The position numbers and the translations under genes were made by a program. 63,974 bases of DNA, taken from positions 1-63,974 of the IMG/VR virus record IMGVR_UViG_3300029319_000033; one strand, given 5' to 3'. Source of the stretch: a virus (taxonomy: Duplodnaviria; Caudoviricetes). Positions 9,406 to 20,128 of this stretch are shown in pieces (position 1 is the first letter of the stretch; the number at the start of each line of letters is the position of its first letter). The notes beneath the pieces were generated by a model, which was not told the DNA's origin, searched no databases, and was given only the letters and a program-made list of their open reading frames with translations.

Positions 9406-12400
9406 TTATAATATATTACTTAATTGAACTTTTATTGTAACTCTAAGTATATCTGTTGAAACCACATCACCATTACATGTTACAGAAAAATCAAAACTAG
9501 CTCTTGTATTTGCAAAACTAGGTAAAAGATCAAAACCAGTTAATTGATTATTAACTTGATCAAATAATTTAACATTACTAATTGTTTGAGCATCAAATCT
9601 TTCACTTGAAGTAATTGATAATGTTACACCATTAACTGTATTACCATCTCCTCTAAAGAAAACGACTCCAGATCCAGATATTATATCATCATCTTCAGCC
9701 CCATTACCAGAACCAATTGTAACAGCCTTCTTAACTCTAACAAAACCACCAGAATTTGAACTTGTAGAATCATACAATCCACTAAGTGTTAAAGAAGTGT
9801 TTGCAGGAACTGAAGGTGCATCAGCCGATGCTATAGAACGTAAAAATAAACTTAATCCTATTTCAGATGTTAAACTTTTAGTACCAAATCTTAAAACATT
9901 TAAAATACCTGTTATGGTATAAGTTTGTGGTGCAAATTTTGTAAATGTTAAAGCGACATCATCAGCAATAGTTTGTGAAGATGACATTACTAAATTTTGT
10001 TGATCAGTTACTGTTATAACACTAACTAATCCTACAATACCTTCACCTGTAATAACATCACCAACTGCAATAGTTCCAGAATTATTATCAACAACTAGGG
10101 CTGTAGATCCAGTAATAGCACCATTTTTATCTGCTGTTCTTGTAGCTGAAACTTCTTTACTTAAAACACCTTTTAAATTAGAATATTCAATTATCCAACT
10201 ATTAGGTGCTGAAAATGTTAAAATATCACCAACTGAAACATTATTTGCTGCTAAAAATATACCTGTTTGATCTCCGTTATTATTTAAACTTATATCAAAA
10301 CTACCTCCAGCATTTTTTATTGCTATTGTAGTCCCTGACGGTAAAGTCCCTCCAGAAACTATACTTGAAGTTCCTCCAGATGCTGCTGTTTGTATAGAAA
10401 AAACTCTAACGCTTTCATTAAATGTTAAAGCACTTGTACTTCCATTACCTGCAACAGAAACCTCTCTTTCAACTGTTGAATAACCAAAATCTTCATCCAA
10501 TATATCTCTAGAAGTAGTTAAATATTGACCACTAGCAGCTGTAATTGTAAATGAAAAATTAACTAAGGCAGACTTTGTTAATTCTTTTGGTTCACTAAAA
10601 GATGTGCCAGTTATAGTAAGATCACTTGTAGAAGTTGGATTTGTACCTGTTATACTAACATTAGGAGATATTGTCCAAGTAACTTCAGCAGTTTGATTAA
10701 TAGATACAGGATTTGTACCATTAAAATCTGTGGCTAAAGCAGTATCTTCTTGAGCCTCAACTTCATAATTAAATGTTCTAAATACAGATGTTGAAGCATA
10801 TTCTACTGGTATAGAATACACACCTGTAGATGGTATAGTTTGTATTAATGGAGAAGTTAATGTTCCAAAAGCACTAAAATTACTACCATCCCAAAATTCT
10901 GAAAAAGTTAGTTCTGTATCATCTGCTATCGTAGTAGAAGATGAAGCTGTGATTGTATTTGTTGAAACACTACTTACTCTTAAACCAGATTGAACATTAC
11001 CGCCTTCAATTCTCATACCTGATAAAACAGCAGCATTTGTGTTGTCTAAAGTTATACTAGCAGAACCACTAACAGCACCATTGACAGTATCCGTAGTAAA
11101 TCTTTTTAGTCTAAACTTAGCTCCTGATCTACCAAATATTCTTATAAATCTAGTTTCTCCTCTAGCACTTACAGGTTTTGTTGACATCTCCATGCCTGTA
11201 ATTTCATCGGCAGCGTCTAAAAATGTTTTTTCTGCTTTAGCTGTTAATAATATCTTGTCTTCTGTAGGGTTGTTTGTACTAAATACATAGTAAACTTTTA
11301 ATGTAACTGATGCAGGGAAAAAAGATAAAGTTGTATTAATAGGTATTGTAGCTGCAGTGGATAAAGTTAAAGTTGTACTACTTATTCCTGATACTGTAGT
11401 AAAAGATGATATTCCTGTTCCACTGACAACCATTCCTGTTGATATTAAAGAGTTAGAAGCACTAAGTGATACTGTTACAGAATTATCTACATCTGCCGCA
11501 ACAGAAGAAGTGGTAGAAACAAAATCATTGCTACTAGTGTATTCACTAAACGTACTTTCATCTTCCTCCAAAACATCTAATGTTGGTGCGGATCTAAACT
11601 CAAAACCAGTATCTGCTGTAAATGTTCTAGATATTATTTCTGTACCAAATCTTAATATAGTGTCATCAGGTATTGTAGCATTTAAATCAGCACCTGTACC
11701 ATCTTTAATATTCAAAGCAGTGCCATTTATTGATTTTACAAGTGCATTATCAGGAACGCCTGACCCTATAATAGCCATATTTTGAAATATTTTATTAGAT
11801 GAAATGATTATTGTAGAATTATCACTTAAACTTTGTGCACTTGATAAAGTTCCTATAAATTGATCACCATCATTAGTTGTAGCAAGTTGACTAGTTTTAT
11901 CAGTTATTTTTGGAGTAAAAGTTAAGTCTGTGTTATCAGATAATGTTACACTTTCAGACAGTGTAAGTTGAGTAACTGAAGCTACATTTGTAACTGTTAT
12001 AAACTTAGATATTCCATCGCCAGTAACAACTGAACCAACAAATATTTCTGACGATCTATTGTCATAATTTACAGTTGTAGAATTATTAACATTTCCATTG
12101 ACTTTAGCTGTAACTATAGCAACATCATTTCCAGTGATTGAATCATCTATAGAAATAATTTGATTATTAGATATATTATCTATATTTAAAGTTGTGCTTG
12201 AACTAGTAGCACCTCGGACTAATGCTGTCTTTTCAGGATGTAAAACTGGTGAGTTATCTGTACTTAATCCATTAACTTTTGCATTTAAATAATAATGCCC
12301 AACACCACTATAACCAACATTTGAAACGGAAGAAGTAGTTGTATTTTTTTCATCTGTACTAAATGTACCTGTTACTGCATACTTTGCTGGCTTTGCTGTT

Positions 12401-15400
12401 GCTGAAATATTAATGTCTTTAGTTAAATCAGATACCATATTAATAGTAGAATCTATGTCTATAGTTACTGTAACAGTATTATTCAAACTTCCCTGTCCAC
12501 CTACTGCATCTGTATTTTGTATTGTTCTACTACCAGCAGCAGTACCAGCAGCTACATCAATTGCAGATATTACAAATCCAGTATTTGGAGTTATAGTAAA
12601 AACAGCATCACTAAGATTAGCACCAACTTGTGCATTATCTGCCAATTCAGTATAAGTAACAGTAGTAGGATTTACCGTAGCATTATCTATTATATTATTA
12701 GATCCAGTATCTACAGTAAGAGTACGAGTTACTCCTCCACTTTGACTTATTGAAGATGGGAATCCTAATCCTTGTACAGAAAATTCTTTTGTATCTAAAT
12801 TAGATGATGTAGTATCATCCCCTAATATTTGATTAAACTTAAAGTTTTCTTTTTCTTTAAAAAATCTAACACTACCAGTTTGTTGATCTGTAGTTATAGA
12901 ATCAGCAAACCATCCTTTTGTTTCTGTTTCTGGTAATGCAGCTATACTAGCAGGAGAAAGACCTGCTTTTTTAAGAACTTCTAAAGTTGTTCCTGCTCCA
13001 TAAACAGGTGTAAATGTTAAAGTAACATCATTACTTATGCTTTGAGCTGAAGATAATACTAAATTATTTTGATCAGTAACAGTGGTAACGGTTACGGTTC
13101 CTGATATCCCAGAGCCAGTTACTACATCCCCCACAACAATGGTTCCAGAATTACCATCAACAACTAAAGCTGTTGAACTACTTATTGTACCATTTACTAC
13201 AGCTGTACTAGTTGTGCCTCCGTATGTGTATTTTCTAGAATCACTACCCTCGTAATTTAATGTTTTAAAACTTTTTACACTTTGAGGAAAATCATTAAAT
13301 ATAAACTTTACAGAAGATGCACTTGCTGTTCCGTAAAAAGTGTTTCTTACTGTATTATCATGAGAATATAAATCTCCATCTTTATAAGTATAATAAATAT
13401 TATTTAATGAAAATCCATTTTCAGGTATAAAAGATTTAAAGCTAGTCCATCCATCAACTCTTTCATCAAAACTTAATGTTTGATTATTTAAAGTTATATT
13501 ATATGATCCTTTATCATCATCATAACTACCAAGTATTGTTGTAGATAAAGGTAAGTTATCTCCAAAAAAATCAGTCATACCTTTTTCAGATATCTCAGTT
13601 AATCCATCTCTAGATAATCTTAAAACTGCACCTCTAGCTTTATCTGCAAAATATATTCTAAAAGCATGCGAAGCAAAAGATTCTGGATTTTTAGATATAC
13701 CATACTCACCAACATAAGGTATTGCTTGACCTAAAACTCTATTTGTTGCTGTTAAATTAGCATTTCCATCAGCATTAAACAAAGCATCTTTATTTGCTAA
13801 TACTTTTAATATTTTATCCTCACAAAAAGTAATTAAATCTGCATCTCTAGCATATATTCTTTGTATAGTCCCGTATTCAGGATTTATATCTTTTGTTATA
13901 GGTAATGCTAATAAAAATTGATTAAGTTCATTAACACCTGATGTAGAGTTGAATATTCCTGAAAATATAAATGTATTAGTTTTATGTTCTTCTTTGTAAT
14001 CTTCATTTAAAGTTGTGGATACTATAGGACCTTTATCAATAAAAGGTGTATTAAAATCATCTCTTATCCTATTAGATTCTACTCCATTACCAAAAGAAAA
14101 AACATTATACCAATCTAAAGAATTTATTTGACCATGAACTTGATTTTCTGCTAATACAACAGATTTAGCTGTGGCAACATCTCCACTAGTGGTTACCGTA
14201 AAACTGTATATATTATCTTGATCAGTAAAAGTTAATACAGTTCCACTAGACATAGTGCCATTTGTATTATTTAATAATTCTATATTACTACCATCTACAA
14301 CTGAACTAACAATATTAGAATTACCAGATCCCACATTTGTACCAGTAACAGTCATACCTGCTTTTATAATAGGTAAAGCATTACTTGCTTCATGGTAAAT
14401 ATCTAATCCTTCTTTTGTTTTTGGTTCTGTTTCAAATATTGCAGGATTGTTAGAACTTATTTTTTCATCATCTACTTGTATGTTTTTCTTTACTAAAGAT
14501 ATTTTACTTATTCTCCCAAGAAGAGTTGAGCTTGCAGTAGACGGATTAAACGAATCATCGTATAGCTCCCCTGTTTCTTGGTTTCTTATAAATACTTTAT
14601 ATAATCTTCTTTTACCACTTATCCATGTTCTTTTTGTAGTATCATTAGTTCTAAATTCAGACTTTACACTACTACCTGTAACTTCATATACCGAACCTTT
14701 GTCTCCAAAATCATTACTAAATTGTATTAAAGCTCCCGGCTTGGTTATTTCTGTTATCAGTGGATTTACATTTATACTTATATCATCTTCTTCAACACCA
14801 TACTGACCTATATCTATACCTCCAAAATAAAATTCAAAAAACTCAGAACCTTTTTTTGGATGTGTATTTGTTGAATTTAAAGGATTAGTTGCACTACCAA
14901 AATCCTCATCACCCCAAGCAAAATCTCTTTTTGGTTTTTCAGAGTCTTCATCTTTATTTGAAAAATCATTTAATAAGTTTAAATTAATAGTTTCACTTTT
15001 TACTATATCAAATCTAGACTTTACTGAAGGAAATGCCTCTATTATGTTTTTATCTAAAACTGTGTCTCTAGATACTTTAACAAAAAATCTACCAAAAAAC
15101 TCATCTTTTGGTTCTATAGTTTTTCTGAATATGTTTACACTAATATCTGATCCTTCAGAAACTAAAGTTGATGCGAACACGTCTTCATCACTTTCATGTA
15201 TTGGTTCTTTTAGAGTTACATCGTAAACAGTTCCACTGCTAGATAGTCCACCACTTTGTATTTTGTATTTTCTAGATCTTTTAGCAGGAGCAGGTATGAA
15301 ATTTAAATCAGTATTATCACTTATTGTTTGTACAGAAGATAATACTAAATTATTTTGATCAATTATTGTTTTAACAGTAGCATCTCCTGATATTCCAGTT

Positions 15401-18042
15401 CCAACAACTCTATCTCCTACTCTAATAATACCAACATTATTATCTATGGCTAAAGATGTAGAATCAGAAGTAGCACCATTTACTTTTGCTGTAGGGGAAT
15501 CATTTGTTGGTATATCTGTAGATATTTGTATTTCACTTTCAGTTCTAAATGCAGAAGAAAATGAAGGATTTGAAGATGCTTCAGGTCCATTAAATTGAAA
15601 AAATGTAGATCCAACTGATGGCTGATTTACTGATAATGTTGAACAGTTAGCTTTACCTGAAGAAATTAATTTTTGAGATATAAAAGCTGGTGCTTCATTA
15701 GATATATCTAAAACTCTGTATCTAGCTTTTTCCGATACAAAATTATCATTATCGTGTTGTTTCTTAAGTATTAAATAAGTTTCTTCATCTACTTTATTTC
15801 TCTCAGCTGAAGGAAATGATAACCAAATATTACCATCTTCTGCAAAATAAAACTTATCAAGAGCTAAGTTATAATATTCACTTGAAGTTTCTTTTACAAA
15901 AAACTTATAATGCGTTGCCCAGTCAGGAGCATTATTTTGTAACTGTACGTTTATCCTATTTTTTGTTACACCAAAAGATTTAGGTAATTTAATAGATGAT
16001 TTTTTTGAAGAAAAAACCGGGGTCTCTCTTCCATATCTATCAGAATAAGTTGTACCTATTTGATAAGTTCTTAAAGATTTAACTGATTTTTCAGGTATTT
16101 TCTTTTTAGTAAATGTTAAAACAGTATTTTCCTCCACATACACCTCCCAACTATTAGGTGTATATGTAGTTGTAACTCTAGATATATCACTAAATTTTTT
16201 TGTTTCTGCAGATATTGTTAATATGGTACCAGATATATTTTTAACAAAAGTGTGAGCAGGTATTCCTTCACCTGTTATTAACATACCTACTTCAATTAAA
16301 GAATTAGATGAAGATAAAATAATTTTATTACTTTCACCTTTATTAGATGTAGATACAGTAGCCGTAGTTTTTAAATTAGAAGCACTCTGTTCTACAGTTA
16401 CATCAATATCAGGAGTATTTTGTTTTAATAAATTATATCCTTGATAATAATTTGCAAATATAAGTCTATTAGCTATTATTTCTTGAGCTTTTGCTTTTTT
16501 AGGTACATTATCAAAAGGTCTTAATATTTGATTTGATTCTACTAATGCACCAAAACTTTCAGACAAAACAGAATATGATGTTTCTCTATTTTTTAAAACA
16601 TCTACTACATATACAGCATTACTAACTGAATCTTTAACTAATATTTCAACTAATTCAACATCTTCTGGCTGAGTATCAAAACCACTTAAAGATAATGTTC
16701 TTAATGAATTTTGCATACCTATATTGTGACTTTCATCACTTTCATACAAAAATTCACTAGGTAAAAAAGCTACTTCAGAAAAAGGTGAAAATGTAGAATA
16801 TTGACCTTCTTTATATTTATATCTGTAAGCAAACCTTACAAAAGTATCTTCAAATAAAGGATCTTTTTCTTTTAGTGTAGCAGTCCAAGTAACAGCACCT
16901 AAATCTGGTAGGTTTGTGTTTATCGTTTGAATAATACATGTTGCTGAATATGTATTTGAATCAGGGAATCCTTCAGTAATAATTTCAGAATTTATTAAAC
17001 CTAGTATTTTTACAGTTATTGTATGTTTAGTTTCAGTTACATTATCTATTTCAATATGTTCTAATATTATAATGTCATCTTTTATAAAATTAGCTTGAGG
17101 ACTAAATGTTATATCAAAGCTAGATCCTGAAGTTAAAACAGAACCTCCACTGTAAAAGTCTTTTTTTATAAAAACAGGAGTTCCACCTTCTACACCAAAA
17201 CTACTTTGAGTTCTTTCAGTAGAGGACATTGTTAATGTTGGTGCATTTAATGGAGATTGCTTAATTACAGTAATATCTTTTTCTGTAAAATCTGCATTAT
17301 TAATTTGAGTGTGGTAGTTAAAAGTGCTAGAACCAGCTTTAAATTTAGATATTTTTATTAATTTAGGTTCAGTTTGATTATCTGTCCAAGAAAGCAATCC
17401 ACTAATAACATTTGCCCCTGTTATCAAATATTCATCACTATATTTTAATATGTCATTTTTATCAACTAGAACTGGTGATATTTCCCCTGTAGTGCTATCA
17501 AACTCTGCAATACAACTAATTTTAGATTTAAATGTTAATAATGCACCATCTTCAAGAGTAAGTGTTTTAGATAAAATAATACTATTTGAAGTTAAAACCG
17601 TTGTTACTGTCACTTCGTCAAATATTCCTTTACCACTAACAGTCATACCCTCAACTATAGTCCCAGAGTTTTTCTCTATTAAAAAACTAGTATCTGTTCT
17701 TTCACTAGTAACTTGTGCTCTAACGGTGCTGCCTGAAGATATAAACCAATATACTTTATCATTTTGAGGGTCTACAACATATCCTATGCATTTAGGATTT
17801 GTTAAGTCTTTTATTGAAGATGAGTTACTGCCCCAATTAGTTAGTATGCCTGTGCTATTGTCAAAGTTTCTACCATCTTTTAATGTATTACCTAAAACAT
17901 TTTGAATAGACCCAACATTAGATCCTTCAGAAGTAATTATTTCAATATTCTGAGCATCTCTATATTCACCATTAGGTACTAGTCTTTCATCCAGATCTTT
18001 ATTCATTCGACCTGCACGAAAGTGATGTTTTATGTCTGCCAT
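9406..18042 (-). CDS. Tail nozzle / stabilization protein (P22 gp10-like, crAss muzzle-like) carrying about 12 inserted beta-rich domains, 2878 aa
   Basis: N-terminal MNKDLDERLVPNGEYRDAQN; core FGNGVESNRIRDDFN..GEYGISKNPESFA..DKARGAVLRLSRDGLTEIS..WTSFKSF. Confidence 0.8.
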   Translation of the reverse strand: MADIKHHFRAGRMNKDLDERLVPNGEYRDAQNIEIITSEGSNVGSIQNVLGNTLKDGRNFDNSTGILTNWGSNSSSIKDLTNPKCIGYVVDPQNDKVYWFISSGSTVRAQVTSERTDTSFLIEKNSGTIVEGMTVSGKGIFDEVTVTTVLTSNSIILSKTLTLEDGALLTFKSKISCIAEFDSTTGEISPVLVDKNDILKYSDEYLITGANVISGLLSWTDNQTEPKLIKISKFKAGSSTFNYHTQINNADFTEKDITVIKQSPLNAPTLTMSSTERTQSSFGVEGGTPVFIKKDFYSGGSVLTSGSSFDITFSPQANFIKDDIIILEHIEIDNVTETKHTITVKILGLINSEIITEGFPDSNTYSATCIIQTINTNLPDLGAVTWTATLKEKDPLFEDTFVRFAYRYKYKEGQYSTFSPFSEVAFLPSEFLYESDESHNIGMQNSLRTLSLSGFDTQPEDVELVEILVKDSVSNAVYVVDVLKNRETSYSVLSESFGALVESNQILRPFDNVPKKAKAQEIIANRLIFANYYQGYNLLKQNTPDIDVTVEQSASNLKTTATVSTSNKGESNKIILSSSNSLIEVGMLITGEGIPAHTFVKNISGTILTISAETKKFSDISRVTTTYTPNSWEVYVEENTVLTFTKKKIPEKSVKSLRTYQIGTTYSDRYGRETPVFSSKKSSIKLPKSFGVTKNRINVQLQNNAPDWATHYKFFVKETSSEYYNLALDKFYFAEDGNIWLSFPSAERNKVDEETYLILKKQHDNDNFVSEKARYRVLDISNEAPAFISQKLISSGKANCSTLSVNQPSVGSTFFQFNGPEASSNPSFSSAFRTESEIQISTDIPTNDSPTAKVNGATSDSTSLAIDNNVGIIRVGDRVVGTGISGDATVKTIIDQNNLVLSSVQTISDNTDLNFIPAPAKRSRKYKIQSGGLSSSGTVYDVTLKEPIHESDEDVFASTLVSEGSDISVNIFRKTIEPKDEFFGRFFVKVSRDTVLDKNIIEAFPSVKSRFDIVKSETINLNLLNDFSNKDEDSEKPKRDFAWGDEDFGSATNPLNSTNTHPKKGSEFFEFYFGGIDIGQYGVEEDDISINVNPLITEITKPGALIQFSNDFGDKGSVYEVTGSSVKSEFRTNDTTKRTWISGKRRLYKVFIRNQETGELYDDSFNPSTASSTLLGRISKISLVKKNIQVDDEKISSNNPAIFETEPKTKEGLDIYHEASNALPIIKAGMTVTGTNVGSGNSNIVSSVVDGSNIELLNNTNGTMSSGTVLTFTDQDNIYSFTVTTSGDVATAKSVVLAENQVHGQINSLDWYNVFSFGNGVESNRIRDDFNTPFIDKGPIVSTTLNEDYKEEHKTNTFIFSGIFNSTSGVNELNQFLLALPITKDINPEYGTIQRIYARDADLITFCEDKILKVLANKDALFNADGNANLTATNRVLGQAIPYVGEYGISKNPESFASHAFRIYFADKARGAVLRLSRDGLTEISEKGMTDFFGDNLPLSTTILGSYDDDKGSYNITLNNQTLSFDERVDGWTSFKSFIPENGFSLNNIYYTYKDGDLYSHDNTVRNTFYGTASASSVKFIFNDFPQSVKSFKTLNYEGSDSRKYTYGGTTSTAVVNGTISSSTALVVDGNSGTIVVGDVVTGSGISGTVTVTTVTDQNNLVLSSAQSISNDVTLTFTPVYGAGTTLEVLKKAGLSPASIAALPETETKGWFADSITTDQQTGSVRFFKEKENFKFNQILGDDTTSSNLDTKEFSVQGLGFPSSISQSGGVTRTLTVDTGSNNIIDNATVNPTTVTYTELADNAQVGANLSDAVFTITPNTGFVISAIDVAAGTAAGSRTIQNTDAVGGQGSLNNTVTVTIDIDSTINMVSDLTKDINISATAKPAKYAVTGTFSTDEKNTTTSSVSNVGYSGVGHYYLNAKVNGLSTDNSPVLHPEKTALVRGATSSSTTLNIDNISNNQIISIDDSITGNDVAIVTAKVNGNVNNSTTVNYDNRSSEIFVGSVVTGDGISKFITVTNVASVTQLTLSESVTLSDNTDLTFTPKITDKTSQLATTNDGDQFIGTLSSAQSLSDNSTIIISSNKIFQNMAIIGSGVPDNALVKSINGTALNIKDGTGADLNATIPDDTILRFGTEIISRTFTADTGFEFRSAPTLDVLEEDESTFSEYTSSNDFVSTTSSVAADVDNSVTVSLSASNSLISTGMVVSGTGISSFTTVSGISSTTLTLSTAATIPINTTLSFFPASVTLKVYYVFSTNNPTEDKILLTAKAEKTFLDAADEITGMEMSTKPVSARGETRFIRIFGRSGAKFRLKRFTTDTVNGAVSGSASITLDNTNAAVLSGMRIEGGNVQSGLRVSSVSTNTITASSSTTIADDTELTFSEFWDGSNFSAFGTLTSPLIQTIPSTGVYSIPVEYASTSVFRTFNYEVEAQEDTALATDFNGTNPVSINQTAEVTWTISPNVSITGTNPTSTSDLTITGTSFSEPKELTKSALVNFSFTITAASGQYLTTSRDILDEDFGYSTVEREVSVAGNGSTSALTFNESVRVFSIQTAASGGTSSIVSGGTLPSGTTIAIKNAGGSFDISLNNNGDQTGIFLAANNVSVGDILTFSAPNSWIIEYSNLKGVLSKEVSATRTADKNGAITGSTALVVDNNSGTIAVGDVITGEGIVGLVSVITVTDQQNLVMSSSQTIADDVALTFTKFAPQTYTITGILNVLRFGTKSLTSEIGLSLFLRSIASADAPSVPANTSLTLSGLYDSTSSNSGGFVRVKKAVTIGSGNGAEDDDIISGSGVVFFRGDGNTVNGVTLSITSSERFDAQTISNVKLFDQVNNQLTGFDLLPSFANTRASFDFSVTCNGDVVSTDILRVTIKVQLSNIL

Positions 18043-18045
18043 ATT

Positions 18046-19146
18046 TTAATGTTTAATTCTCTTAGACTTATTTCTCATTATCTGAGCAATCTCCTCAGAT
18101 TTAAGATTAGACAATCTTAATTTAGCAGTTCTTATAGCAGCAAACCTTTCTCTTTTAAATCTATTTACAATGTATTCAGGAACATTTGCTTTAGTTGCTA
18201 ATATAGCATGAGCTAAATATTTGTACATAGCTTCTTCTATAAATTTATGCACAACCATTTCACCATCTGTAGCTAAACCATCACTAATGTAATCTAATAT
18301 AATAGTTTTTCCTGCAACGGAAGAGCTAAAATGTATATTACCTCTAAGTTGATCTATATAGTAAGTACCATTTATTTGAGCAGATTCTGGAGTTAATCCA
18401 TATCTACCACCCAAAAGTAATTTTGTTCTTTCATCTAATGTATTTTCTGATGTTATATTTGAATCTGATTGACTATTACTTTTAGATCTTGACCAAGATT
18501 CTGAATCATTTGACTCTAGTAAATCTCCAGTAGTAGCATCAAATAAAAAATTATAGTCTGAATCTTGCAGTATTGATCTAGGATTGCTAAGTGATCTAGT
18601 GGGGTATAGTGGTCTTTTAATACCTGTTTCAGCCTCTACAAAAGATATTTTAACATAATTAACATAATCTTGAGGTAATGGTATTAATAAACTTAAAGGA
18701 ACTTCTAGCTCAAAAGATTTTTTAGATTCTAAAGTATCGTAACTAAACTCTTGCAATGCTCTTTGAGCATGAAAAGCAACATCTGCTCTTCTGACTCTAT
18801 TTATTATTTTTTCACTACCTACATAAGCAACCATAAAATTACTTATAATGTCATCCAAACTTATTCTTTGATAATTACCAAAAGTTTCTGCTGATGTATT
18901 TTCTTTAACTAATATAACTTCACCTGCAGTTCTTCCTGATGAAAAATCTAAATTAGGTGAACTATAACTATAAAGTGAACTTGATAGTTGCACTCCATCA
19001 GCAAAAACATCAAATTGAGTTTCAGCTGTAGGTAAAGTTGGGAAAAAACTTGTTGTTAATACAAATCTTGTTTGACTAGCTGTAGCAGTAAAACTCTGAC
19101 TTTGACTATAATAGCTTTGTTCAGTTGTTGTTCCTAATAATCCCAT
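18046..19146 (-). CDS. Tail ring / head-tail adaptor protein, 366 aa
   Basis: AFHAQRALQEFSYD..LPQDYVNYVKIS; lies between capsid and nozzle genes. Confidence 0.65.
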   Translation of the reverse strand: MGLLGTTTEQSYYSQSQSFTATASQTRFVLTTSFFPTLPTAETQFDVFADGVQLSSSLYSYSSPNLDFSSGRTAGEVILVKENTSAETFGNYQRISLDDIISNFMVAYVGSEKIINRVRRADVAFHAQRALQEFSYDTLESKKSFELEVPLSLLIPLPQDYVNYVKISFVEAETGIKRPLYPTRSLSNPRSILQDSDYNFLFDATTGDLLESNDSESWSRSKSNSQSDSNITSENTLDERTKLLLGGRYGLTPESAQINGTYYIDQLRGNIHFSSSVAGKTIILDYISDGLATDGEMVVHKFIEEAMYKYLAHAILATKANVPEYIVNRFKRERFAAIRTAKLRLSNLKSEEIAQIMRNKSKRIKH

Positions 19147-19149
19147 CTA

Positions 19150-20067
19150 TTATACTTTTTCTTGTTGTAATTTTTTAACTTCTTGTTGAGTTGCAGCTTG
19201 ATATAGTTGAGGGTCTTCTATAGATATGCCTGCTAATTCTAATATTTTTAATACAAGTTCTGTTTCTTCAGATTCGTGTAGTTCAAAATCTACAGAGTTT
19301 GTAGAATTGAATAAAGCTTCTCCATTGACTATAGTATAATCAAAAGAAGCATCTGTTGGTTTGTCTACATAATTACACTTAACACTAGGTGTAAATGTTA
19401 AAGTTACACCATCACTTATACTTTGACTAGAAGATAAAACTAAATTGTTTTGATCTGTTAAACTAGCTACTGTGACAGTTCCAGAAATTCCTGTTCCTGT
19501 TACAGTATCTCCAACTGCAATATTTCTATTTGTAGACTGACCATCTACGACCAAAGCTGTAGTGCTACTTATTGACCCATTTACATCAGCAGTAGATGAA
19601 GCTAAAGATAAAGGATATAATTTTATTGTTGTTTTATTTTGTCTGGTAAAATAAGGTCTATTTAAAGTTGCTCTGGTTAAAGGAGATTTTTCTAAATCTA
19701 AAACATCATTTTGTGAAACCTCATCTAGTTCAATAGGGTATGTTCCGCCTGAATACATGACAGTGCCTAACCTATAAACATCAGTTGGTAATGTACCTAT
19801 TCCTGATGAATCTATAGTAGATATAGTTTGTTGATACTTTTGAAATATAGCTACCTTTTCATTTAATAAATCAATCATATTAGAATACTCTGTGTCATTT
19901 CCGGGTACTCTATTAAATTGATTTATGTCGTAAAAATATTGTTCAAATATATCTAGTTGAGCTTGATTGGCGAATAAGTTAAACTCTTGAGGAGTTATAT
20001 ATCCTCTTTGTTCTTTATTAGCAATCGCTAAAACTCTTTGATATACTGTATCTACACTTACTGACAT
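19150..20067 (-). CDS. Tail ring / adaptor protein with one inserted domain (19387-19593), 305 aa
   Basis: NKEQRGYITPQEFNLFANQAQ N-terminus, FELHESEE C-terminus; position in the tail module. Confidence 0.7.
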   Translation of the reverse strand: MSVSVDTVYQRVLAIANKEQRGYITPQEFNLFANQAQLDIFEQYFYDINQFNRVPGNDTEYSNMIDLLNEKVAIFQKYQQTISTIDSSGIGTLPTDVYRLGTVMYSGGTYPIELDEVSQNDVLDLEKSPLTRATLNRPYFTRQNKTTIKLYPLSLASSTADVNGSISSTTALVVDGQSTNRNIAVGDTVTGTGISGTVTVASLTDQNNLVLSSSQSISDGVTLTFTPSVKCNYVDKPTDASFDYTIVNGEALFNSTNSVDFELHESEETELVLKILELAGISIEDPQLYQAATQQEVKKLQQEKV

Positions 20068-20081
20068 ATTTTTATTTTTAA

Positions 20082-20121
20082 AATAATAGTGTGACTACAT
20101 ATATATAATCACACTATTATT
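20082..20121. terminator. 13-bp perfect inverted repeat (terminator or processing hairpin)
   Basis: AATAATAGTGTGA-N14-TCACACTATTATT in the intergenic gap. Confidence 0.5.
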
Positions 20122-20128
20122 GTACTTT

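Noticed and set aside
9938-19593. Inteins or introns as the explanation for the inserted domains
   Set aside because: The inserts lack C/S..HN splice termini, are too short, stay in frame and have beta-rich surface-domain composition.
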